A stretch of 64,000 nucleotides of DNA, taken from positions 124,001 to 188,000 of the IMG/VR virus record IMGVR_UViG_3300034117_001582; one strand, written 5' to 3'. How positions within the stretch are numbered: position 1 is the stretch's first letter; the number at the start of each line of letters is the position of its first letter. Both the position numbers and the translations under genes were made by a program. The notes beneath the pieces are model-generated. The model did not search any database. It saw nothing but the letters and a program-made list of their open reading frames with translations, and was not told the DNA's origin. This document shows, piece by piece, positions 41,090 through 49,103 of this stretch.

Positions 41090-43135
41090 ATGATAGATTC
41101 GGCGGACGGAACAGAAAAACCAAAAAACAAAAACCAAGACGGTTCAGGAAAAACACCAGTTTTAGATAACTTTTCAAGGGATTTAATTAAATTGGCGGAA
41201 GAAGGGAAATTAGATCCGGTTATTGGTCGTGAGGATGAAATAAATAGAATAGCTCAAATACTTTCAAGACGCAAGAAAAATAACCCAATTATTTTAGGTG
41301 AACCTGGTTGTGGTAAAACTGCAATTGTGGAAGGGTTGGCTAAGAAGATTTTTGAAGGTGATTGCCCACAAAATTTAGCAAATAAAAGAATTGTTTCTTT
41401 GGATATGACCTCAATTGTTGCGGGGACAAAATATCGCGGTCAATTTGAGGAAAGAATGAAAGTAATAATTGAAGAATTATACGCAAACCCTGATATCATT
41501 ATTTTCATAGATGAAATCCATACAATGATTGGTGCAGGTAATTCATCAGGATCTATGGATGCGTCAAACATATTCAAACCAGCACTTTCTCGTGGTGAAT
41601 TACAATGTATTGGAGCGACAACATTAGAAGAATATAGAAAGAACATTGAAAAGGACGGAGCATTAGAAAGACGTTTCCAAAAAGTGATTGTGGACCCATC
41701 AACAAAAGAAGAAACATTAATAATATTACAAAACTCAAAAGATAGGTACGAAAAACACCACAAAGTATCCTACAGTGATGATATTTTAAAACTATGTGTT
41801 GAGTTGGCGGATAGATATATTACCGATCGCGAATTCCCTGATAAAGCATTTGATATTATTGATGAGGTTGGTGCTCGTTCGCAGGTGGAAATTAAACTAC
41901 CTGAAATTATTGAGGATTTAAAAAAACAAGCACAACTAATTAAAGAAGAAAAGTTGGATGTGATTAACAAACAAAAATATGAGGAGGCTGCAAATCTTCG
42001 TGACAAAGAAAGAAAAATATTAGCCTATTTGGCAAAAGAAAAAGAAAACTTTGAAAATAATAGAGACCAAAATAAAAGGGTAGTAACCGAAGATGTTGTT
42101 TATGATGTTGTTTCGTTAATGACAAAAATACCAATTAACAAAATTACAAGCGATGAAACACAACAATTAATCACATTAAAAGAAACTTTATCGACTAAAG
42201 TTATTGGTCAAGAGGACGCGGTAGCAAAAATATCAAGATCTATCCAAAGAAATAAAGTAGGATTAAGTGACCCTAAAAAACCAATTTTTAGTGGTTTATT
42301 AATTGGTAATTCAGGTGTTGGTAAAACGGAATTAGCAAAACAATTGGCAAAACATATGTTTAATAGTGAAGATGCACTTATCAGATTAGATATGAGTGAA
42401 TTTTCAGATAAAATTGCGACATCAAAATTAACAGGTACCTCACCAGGTTATGTTGGATATGAAGATGGTTCACCATTCTTAAACAAAATTAAAAATAAAC
42501 CTTATTCAGTTATTCTTTTAGATGAGATTGAAAAGGCTCACCCTGAAATCTTTAACGTATTTTTACAAATGTTAGATGAAGGGTTTTTAACTGATGGTCA
42601 CGGAAGAAAAATCAACTTTAAAAATTGTATTATATTAATGACTTCTAATGTTGGTACTAGAGTCGTACAAGATTTTGGTACTGGCGTTGGTTTTACCACA
42701 AGTACAAAAATTGAAAGACGTGAGGATGAAATAAAATCAGTTTTAGAAAAAGAATTATTTAAAAAGTTTGCACCTGAATTTATAAATAGGTTTGATGACA
42801 TTGTATATTTCAAAGACTTAAACGAAGAAGACTTATTAAAAATTGTTGATTTGGAACTTAACAAATTCTATGAGAGAATTGGTCAATTAGAGTTTCAAGT
42901 TGAGGTTGACGATACTTTGAAAAAACACTTAACTGAAGTTGGTACTGACACTAGATTTGGGTCTCGTATTCTAAAACGTACCGTTCAAAAGTGGGTGGAT
43001 GATGCAATTACGGAAAAGATTTTAACTGATAATCCAGAAAAGGGATCAACTTTTATTCTAACATACAATGAAAAGGATAAAAAGACTGACGTTAAAATAA
43101 AAAAACCAACAAAAAGAAAAACAAAATCACAATAA
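41090..43135 (+). CDS. clpC: ClpC-like AAA+ ATPase lacking N-terminal Clp repeats
   Basis: GEPGCGKT/FIDEIH, UVR-type M domain, GNSGVGKT/LLDEIEKAH, GYVG pore loop, VGF ClpP-docking loop. Confidence 0.88.
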   Translation: MIDSADGTEKPKNKNQDGSGKTPVLDNFSRDLIKLAEEGKLDPVIGREDEINRIAQILSRRKKNNPIILGEPGCGKTAIVEGLAKKIFEGDCPQNLANKRIVSLDMTSIVAGTKYRGQFEERMKVIIEELYANPDIIIFIDEIHTMIGAGNSSGSMDASNIFKPALSRGELQCIGATTLEEYRKNIEKDGALERRFQKVIVDPSTKEETLIILQNSKDRYEKHHKVSYSDDILKLCVELADRYITDREFPDKAFDIIDEVGARSQVEIKLPEIIEDLKKQAQLIKEEKLDVINKQKYEEAANLRDKERKILAYLAKEKENFENNRDQNKRVVTEDVVYDVVSLMTKIPINKITSDETQQLITLKETLSTKVIGQEDAVAKISRSIQRNKVGLSDPKKPIFSGLLIGNSGVGKTELAKQLAKHMFNSEDALIRLDMSEFSDKIATSKLTGTSPGYVGYEDGSPFLNKIKNKPYSVILLDEIEKAHPEIFNVFLQMLDEGFLTDGHGRKINFKNCIILMTSNVGTRVVQDFGTGVGFTTSTKIERREDEIKSVLEKELFKKFAPEFINRFDDIVYFKDLNEEDLLKIVDLELNKFYERIGQLEFQVEVDDTLKKHLTEVGTDTRFGSRILKRTVQKWVDDAITEKILTDNPEKGSTFILTYNEKDKKTDVKIKKPTKRKTKSQ

Positions 43136-43161
43136 AATTTTTTAATTGTTAAAAAGTTTCT

Positions 43162-43169
43162 TATCTTTG
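43162..43169 (+). promoter_or_regulatory. Bacteroidota sigmaA -7 element
   Basis: TATCTTTG matches TAnnTTTG, 15 nt before ATG at 43185. Confidence 0.6.
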
Positions 43170-43184
43170 TAGAAATATTATAAA

Positions 43185-44219
43185 ATGAATATAGATAAAT
43201 TTAAGGAACTTCTTTCAGTGCCGTCAAAGACATATCAAGAAGAAGATATGGTTGAGCACATCTGCAACGAGTTAGACTCGATTGAGGGTGTTATGTATTA
43301 TCGAGACGAGATGATGAATGTCTACGCAACTAAAGGTGTGTTAGAGGAAGGTGAATACTACCCTATGTTCATTGCACATACAGATACCGTACACACAAAG
43401 ATTGATAAAATTGTTGTTAAAGAAGAAAAACTTAAACGACCAAATACCTTTGGAAAAACTTTTGATGATACCTTAGTTGATGTTTTAAAGGCATATGATG
43501 AAGAAGGGAACCCAACAGGTATTGGTGGTGACGATAAATGTGGGATTTTTATTTGTTTAGAATTACTTAAACAATTAGACAAAGTAAAAGTTGGTTTGTT
43601 TGTGTCTGAAGAAACGGGTTGTCACGGATCATCAAAATGTGATGAGAGTTTTTTAACAGATGTTGGTTATATTACCCAGTATGACGCCCCTGGTAATCAC
43701 CTAATTTCCGAGATTTGCTCGGGAGTTCGTTTGTTTGAAAGAGATAGTGAATTCTTTGAAAAAAGTATTTCAGTAATCGAAGCAGCATTTGGAAATGAAA
43801 TGTTAGTTCAATCACACCCATATACTGATGTATCACAATTAAAGAAAAAGATTGACGTTTCTTGCATCAACATGTCTTGTGGTTACTACAACATGCACAC
43901 AAAAGAAGAATTCATTTCAATTGATGATGTTGAACGTGCAATTGAGGCAGGAAAAAATATGGTTTTTATCTTGGGATTAAATAAACACCAATACGAATAC
44001 AAACCAATTGTTTATACTAATAAAACAATTATGAATTCTTTAGTGGAGGAAGATTTTGATGAGGATATTATCCATCAGTTAGAAACTATCGATGTTGAGG
44101 AAAATAAAGATGGTATCACCATTATTGATCCGTTTGATGGGAATGCTATGTTTATCAATGATGATGATTTGGTTTACTTATATGATATCATTAAAGAAAG
44201 ATTACTTAAAAAATATTAA
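43185..44219 (+). CDS. M20/M28-type zinc peptidase/hydrolase
   Basis: AHTDTVH, GGDDKCG, SEETGC, YD, NMHT..E. Confidence 0.8.
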   Translation: MNIDKFKELLSVPSKTYQEEDMVEHICNELDSIEGVMYYRDEMMNVYATKGVLEEGEYYPMFIAHTDTVHTKIDKIVVKEEKLKRPNTFGKTFDDTLVDVLKAYDEEGNPTGIGGDDKCGIFICLELLKQLDKVKVGLFVSEETGCHGSSKCDESFLTDVGYITQYDAPGNHLISEICSGVRLFERDSEFFEKSISVIEAAFGNEMLVQSHPYTDVSQLKKKIDVSCINMSCGYYNMHTKEEFISIDDVERAIEAGKNMVFILGLNKHQYEYKPIVYTNKTIMNSLVEEDFDEDIIHQLETIDVEENKDGITIIDPFDGNAMFINDDDLVYLYDIIKERLLKKY

Positions 44220-45364
44220 TCCGTTCTATAATCCATTGGGTCAAATAGACTCTCGTTGTATACCATATTTAGAATATCATCAATATACGATTCACCATAT
44301 TTTACGTTGTACGTTTTTGAGTCCCTAAGTGCATATTTGACTTTAAGCGTTTCTTTATCAACGGATTTAATCAATAATGTGACGTTACTATTTGGGACTT
44401 TAACGTATTTATCAAAACCAACCGTTGTGTTAATCTTATCAATTACTGAAAAATACTTTTCTAATGTTCCTTCATTATAGTCCTCAAGTACCCTATCTTT
44501 AAAACTTTCTAAATCGTTATCTACATTGTGGTCAAACGATCCATGAAATGCTTCATCGTCCCAAACATTATATTGTATTTCATAATATTCAGGTAAGTGT
44601 GATATCCGTTCTTTTGATATTGCCAAAAATAATAAATCAAGAAGACTATCACCTTCAGTACCAAAACGTGGATATAACATAATGGCATCTCCCCAATGTA
44701 ATTTATATTTCCAAAAACAATGTCTTTCAGAATAATTTTCAATACCAACAGGAGACAAACAATTACAATATGCGTCTTCAATGTATTTTTCAATACCACC
44801 CTCAACCGCAGCCACTTCAGCATCTACATACGACATTGTTATATCATCAGATATTCTAGTATCTACTTGGTCTAAAAATGAGCCTACCCTATCCACACCG
44901 TCACCACCAAACACCTGTAATTTACCATCCGGGCGCTTATTAAAAGCAGTTAAAAGTCCTGGTTGAACTATTTTTGCAACATCATAAATAATTTGTAAAT
45001 GATCCGATGTTAATGCTTCAACAATAACACCCTCTCTCCAATCATCGTAGGATCTATCATCAAAATCCCAAGTCCAACTTCTTCTATACATAGAATCATA
45101 ATATCCGGCCTCGTAATAAGAATCACTACCTTCTTCACCATACTCTTCAGGAAAAAAGAATCTCAAATATTCTTCTAACCCATCAAACGTAAACATTAAA
45201 CCGTCTTGTTCTACAGTAATAACGTCACTAAAATCATTACCTTCAGAATTAAAAAACTCTACGTCGTAAGGACTGATTTTTTTTTTATTAAGTGCAAGAA
45301 TTTTTTGAAAGTCATTTAACTCTTCTTCTTCCTCTTGTTCAAAAATCCTTAAAATTTTTTTCAT
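44216..45364 (-). CDS. acidic hypothetical protein
   Basis: start MKKILRIFEQ at 45364, next to TATTTATA (45370-45377); the longer ORF would overlap the tmRNA. Confidence 0.7.
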   Translation of the reverse strand: MKKILRIFEQEEEEELNDFQKILALNKKKISPYDVEFFNSEGNDFSDVITVEQDGLMFTFDGLEEYLRFFFPEEYGEEGSDSYYEAGYYDSMYRRSWTWDFDDRSYDDWREGVIVEALTSDHLQIIYDVAKIVQPGLLTAFNKRPDGKLQVFGGDGVDRVGSFLDQVDTRISDDITMSYVDAEVAAVEGGIEKYIEDAYCNCLSPVGIENYSERHCFWKYKLHWGDAIMLYPRFGTEGDSLLDLLFLAISKERISHLPEYYEIQYNVWDDEAFHGSFDHNVDNDLESFKDRVLEDYNEGTLEKYFSVIDKINTTVGFDKYVKVPNSNVTLLIKSVDKETLKVKYALRDSKTYNVKYGESYIDDILNMVYNESLFDPMDYRTD

Positions 45365-45429
45365 ATATTTATAAATATATTGTTTAATAGAAAGAATTAT
45401 CTTATCTTTACAATAGTTCTTTGATATAT

Positions 45430-45849
45430 GGGGGTGTTTTTGGATTTGACAGGTATTGGCTGAAGACAAAGGGCACGTGGGGACTGAATTAATCTCCTTA
45501 AAAACTGATTCATTTTTACAGACGGCAACGTTTTGAACAACCTTGAGACTTTGGGACTTATCTCAACTCAAGAAGTTACTGTAGCTTAATTTAAGCACGG
45601 TAACGGGGGGTCGGTCAGACATATAACCTAGCAACAGAAGTCGTTGACGAGTTGGTTTTCACTCTAAAAGAAAACAGCGGTCTCGTTCAGAGGTCTACCG
45701 TAATAAAAGTGAACTCGACACAGTTATTGGTGACAATGTCAAAATAGGAACCAAATATTTCGGAAGGTATGACAAACCTTGACCTAAACGTGTAGTCCTT
45801 ATCTGACAGGATAGACTGGACCGGAGTTCGAAACTCCGCACCTCCACCA
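45430..45849 (+). ncRNA. ssrA: tmRNA; predicted tag (A)GNVLNNLETLGLISTQEVTVA at 45524-45589
   Basis: GGGGGTG/CACCTCC-ACCA acceptor stem with G3:U, GGATTTGAC D-loop region, T arm CGGAG-TTCGAAA-CTCCG, pk1 at 45479-45512 followed by open tag frame. Confidence 0.93.
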
Positions 45850-45852
45850 TTT

Positions 45853-45880
45853 AAACCTCATCTTAGGATGGGGTTTTTTT
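45853..45880 (+). terminator. terminator after tmRNA
   Basis: AAACCTCATC-TTAG-GATGGGGTTTTTTT. Confidence 0.8.
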
Positions 45881-45931
45881 ATGCACTATAATTATATTTT
45901 AGTGTTGTGTGAATATTATATTTTAGTGCAC

Positions 45932-45965
45932 AAAAAAACCCACCAAAAGGTAGGTTTTGTTTTTT
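45932..45965 (-). terminator. terminator for minus-strand genes
   Basis: AAAAAAACCCACC-AAAA-GGTAGGTTTT. Confidence 0.65.
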
Positions 45966-46812
45966 AAAGATTTCTTGTATTTTTTCGTATCGACTCTTGA
46001 ATCAATTTATCTAATTTGTGATTATTATATTCTTCAATCTTTAATGACTTTAAAACCGCTTCACCACCAGCACCAACAGCCTTTTCAACTGTGCTTGACA
46101 TCATTTTAACAACGGCAGGAGCTAAAAACTTATAAGATGCTGATAAGAATTTTTTAAAGTTTGAACCAACATTATCAAACTTTGATTTTTCATCCGGAGT
46201 CACCTTTGGGCCATAAAGTTTATGACAATATCTAAAAACTTTATTTTCATCTTTAGACATGACCCTTGCAATATCCTTTTGTGCTTTAAGGTCCTTATCT
46301 TTCATTTGGGATTGGTAACCCTTAAGTCTTACCTCAAAACTTTTCCATATTTCACCACAATTTTGTTTAATTTTTTCTGTTAGGCCTTCAGGTGTCGGTG
46401 TGGTGGTTGTAGTTCCGGTCGGAGGTGTCGCACCAGTCGGAGTTGTAGTTCCGGTTGGTGGTGTAGTTCCGGTTGGTGGTGTAGTTCCTGTTGGTGTTGG
46501 TGTAGTTCCTGTTGGTGTTGGTGTGGTTCCTGTTGGTGTTGGTTGACCTTCTGCCGTTGCAGGAGCTGCAGTCGATTTGGTAAATAATTTATTTATTGCT
46601 TCTATACCCTTTGGATTTGTTTGTGTTTTCCAATTATTGGTACCTTTAGTTGCGTACTCAACTTTATCTCCGGTTTTTCTATATTGGTAAGAGTCTCCAT
46701 TACCACCTTGTACAACTTCTTGCTCTACTAAATACAACCTTTTAGTTGCATTTTCATGCAAATTAATAATTCTATTTTTTTCCTCTTGGGATAATTCAAA
46801 TAAATTTTTCAT
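45964..46812 (-). CDS. putative head-internal protein with PTGTT linker
   Basis: leader ELSQEEKNRIINLHE...LVEQ; Pro/Thr/Gly repeats at ~46390-46545. Confidence 0.6.
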   Translation of the reverse strand: MKNLFELSQEEKNRIINLHENATKRLYLVEQEVVQGGNGDSYQYRKTGDKVEYATKGTNNWKTQTNPKGIEAINKLFTKSTAAPATAEGQPTPTGTTPTPTGTTPTPTGTTPPTGTTPPTGTTTPTGATPPTGTTTTTPTPEGLTEKIKQNCGEIWKSFEVRLKGYQSQMKDKDLKAQKDIARVMSKDENKVFRYCHKLYGPKVTPDEKSKFDNVGSNFKKFLSASYKFLAPAVVKMMSSTVEKAVGAGGEAVLKSLKIEEYNNHKLDKLIQESIRKNTRNL

Positions 46813-46819
46813 GCGTTTT

Positions 46820-47974
46820 TTAATAATAAATACTTTTATATTTTAATTTTTTCTTTGTTGTGTAAAAATAGTTTTCATTTGTTGTTTGCCCTGTGGTCGT
46901 AACTTGTGTTTCAGTTTGCCCTGTGGTCGTAACTTGTGTTTCAGATTGACTAATTGCCTCAAGTTCTGTTTGTGCTTGTTGAATCGCATCTTTACCTTTT
47001 GACATATCTGCTTTTAATTTTTTCTTTGCCCAAGAATCCCCTTGAGAAATTAATTTGTTAACGTTTGCAAATTTTTCAATCGCTTTTGGTAAAAACTTTT
47101 TTACGATATCGTATATTTTTGGCATTTTTTTAATTGATTCTACTGCCTGTGAAATTCCAGACGACATAATGTTTTTAAGCGGTTGTAAAAATTTCGTAAG
47201 ATAACCATTAGATAATAACGCAAAAATATCAATCAATAACAACATCCAACTACCCTTTCCACTTATGGCCATATAAGCATCATATATGGTTAAAGCTCCC
47301 CACGCTACCGTAGTGGCAATTGCTCCTATACCTGTAAAACTTAAAAATTTTTGTACAAGGGCACCCATAGGACTATTTAATGCGTTTCTTAAACCTGCAA
47401 AAAACTTATCAAACCCCGTTTTTTTTATTTTTTCGGCAACTTGGTCATCAGATAAAGTTTGTTGTGTTACTGACTGTCCACCATTAAATGGTATTTTTTT
47501 TTCAATCTCTTTAGATAGTTCACCTTCAGCACCGTACCATTGTTCAGTATTTTTTAATCTCCACGCATATTTTTTTTCTCCACTTTCAAAATATAATTTA
47601 AAGTCGTATTGTGGATTTGTTTTTATATCAATTTGTTCTGTTTTTTGGGTTTCTGATTGTTCTAAAATAAAATTTTTAAAATTTTTAAATTGTGAGTCGG
47701 TAAATATTTTGATATTTTCTTCATTTTCTAAAATGAGGTTATTTAAGTTTTTTTTACTATACTCCAAAATCTTTTTCTTTGGGTATCCAATAGATTTTAA
47801 ATTATCCTCTATTAGTTTTTGAACGTATTTTTTTTGTTCGTATTTACCTTTTATAAAACAACCAAAAGTTGCATCACAAATTCTTTTTTGAAATTCTAAC
47901 GACTCATTTATTGATGAAGTATTTAATTTTTTTGATAACTCTTTTAATTGGTTGTCCGTTAAAATAATTTTCAT
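46820..47974 (-). CDS. putative head-internal/ejection protein with hydrophobic hairpin
   Basis: leader IILTDNQLKE..INES; hydrophobic stretch TGIGAIATTVAWGAL...MLLLIDIFALL; exact 30-bp duplication at 46884-46943. Confidence 0.6.
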   Translation of the reverse strand: MKIILTDNQLKELSKKLNTSSINESLEFQKRICDATFGCFIKGKYEQKKYVQKLIEDNLKSIGYPKKKILEYSKKNLNNLILENEENIKIFTDSQFKNFKNFILEQSETQKTEQIDIKTNPQYDFKLYFESGEKKYAWRLKNTEQWYGAEGELSKEIEKKIPFNGGQSVTQQTLSDDQVAEKIKKTGFDKFFAGLRNALNSPMGALVQKFLSFTGIGAIATTVAWGALTIYDAYMAISGKGSWMLLLIDIFALLSNGYLTKFLQPLKNIMSSGISQAVESIKKMPKIYDIVKKFLPKAIEKFANVNKLISQGDSWAKKKLKADMSKGKDAIQQAQTELEAISQSETQVTTTGQTETQVTTTGQTTNENYFYTTKKKLKYKSIYY

Positions 47975-48002
47975 TAATTTTTTTTTTATTTATATAAATA
48001 TC

Positions 48003-48186
48003 CGTATATTTGTAATTATACAAACATTCCTTCCATATTCAGATTTTAGAAAATCTTGATAACAAACGATTAGGTAAAAAACTTGTTGATGATTATAAGA
48101 TATTTTGGAAGGTATGACAAGCCTTGACCTAAACGTGTAGTCCTTATCTGACAGGCTGGACAGGATCGGAGTTCAAATCTCCACCA
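48003..48186 (+). pseudogene. chimeric remnant: 5' end of the glycosylase gene fused to the 3' end of tmRNA
   Basis: 48003-48100 resembles 48582-48690 (ATG changed to ATA, ~11-nt deletion); 48100-48186 resembles 45755-45849 with 34 nt identical. Confidence 0.9.
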
Positions 48187-48194
48187 TTTAAAAA

Positions 48195-48225
48195 CAAAAA
48201 CCCCTCTTTTGGAGGGGTTTGTTTT
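48195..48225. terminator. intrinsic terminator, likely bidirectional
   Basis: AAAACCCCTC-TTTTG-GAGGGGTTT. Confidence 0.75.
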
Positions 48226-48226
48226 A

Positions 48227-48514
48227 TTACCATTTAGGGCATTGCAATAATTTGGATTTAAATATAGGGCTTTTTGCACTATGTTTTTGTAACATTCTTT
48301 TTAATTTACGTAAATTTCTACCTTTAAATTTACGGATGTTATCACCAAGTTTGTCGATTAATCTTTTTAAACCGTTTGCATCATTTTCATCCACATCATC
48401 AAGTTCATCGTCTACTTCCATTTCAATGTCCCCTGAAATTTCTTCTTGTTCTCTAATCACTCGTCTAACGATGCGAGATAAATCAGACTCTGTTAATCTT
48501 ACAATTCTGTTCAT
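48227..48514 (-). CDS. small protein with VRLTESDL.RIV.RVI.EQ leader
   Basis: 95 aa; TATTTATA at 48552-48559. Confidence 0.7.
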   Translation of the reverse strand: MNRIVRLTESDLSRIVRRVIREQEEISGDIEMEVDDELDDVDENDANGLKRLIDKLGDNIRKFKGRNLRKLKRMLQKHSAKSPIFKSKLLQCPKW

Positions 48515-48583
48515 AATTTTTTTTTAATTTTTTTTATTTATTATCTTTCCATATAAATATATCGTACTTTAAAAAAAGATTCG

Positions 48584-48591
48584 TATATTTG
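48584..48591 (+). promoter_or_regulatory. Bacteroidota sigmaA -7 element
   Basis: TATATTTG 5 nt before ATG; second copy at 48005-48012. Confidence 0.6.
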
Positions 48592-48596
48592 TAATT

Positions 48597-49103
48597 ATGC
48601 AAACATTTCTTCCATACTCAGATTTTAGAAAATCTTTAGAATCTCTTGATAACAAACGATTAGGTAAACAACGCGTTGAGGCTTATCAGATAATTTCAGC
48701 AATTACGGGTCGACCAAAAAAGAACGGACAACCTTATAAAGGGTGGATATCTCACCCATGTTCGGTAATGTGGAAAGACTATGTGAATGCGCTTAAACTA
48801 TACTACAACGATTGTATTGATGTGTGGGTGTCTCGTGGTTTTAAAAACACAATGCAACATGAACACATTGAAGGTGAGTTTGTTTTACCTCATTGGTTGG
48901 GTGATGAAGAGTTTCATTCATCACATAGATCTAATCTATTACGTAAGGATTTTGATTATTATACAAAACACGGGTGGTTAGATAACCCTGACGACCCATA
49001 CGTGTGGATGGATAATCAAGGATTGTGGTACAAACAAATTGCTGGTACTAAAGAAAGGATTTATTATAAACCAAATATTATATTAGAATCCGTTGGTTGT
49101 TGA
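48597..49103 (+). CDS. pyrimidine-dimer DNA glycosylase/EndoV-like (MSMEG_6728 family)
   Basis: MQTFLPY..F..S...LD.KRLGKQRVE..QI, HP...MW, SHRSNLLRKD. Confidence 0.85.
   Translation: MQTFLPYSDFRKSLESLDNKRLGKQRVEAYQIISAITGRPKKNGQPYKGWISHPCSVMWKDYVNALKLYYNDCIDVWVSRGFKNTMQHEHIEGEFVLPHWLGDEEFHSSHRSNLLRKDFDYYTKHGWLDNPDDPYVWMDNQGLWYKQIAGTKERIYYKPNIILESVGC

Noticed and set aside
45365-45469. N-terminal extension of ORF 44216..45469
   Set aside because: Overlaps the tmRNA 5' end and the promoter; ATG at 45364 sits next to the late motif
45849-48186. Integrated mobile element at the tmRNA
   Set aside because: No integrase or transposase; the repeat is degenerate and fused to a glycosylase fragment, so tandem duplication explains it better
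48160-48186. tRNA gene (T-arm plus CCA)
   Set aside because: No acceptor stem, D arm or anticodon arm
48070-48279. 69-aa minus-strand ORF (WRFELRS...)
   Set aside because: Antisense translation of the tmRNA-tail remnant
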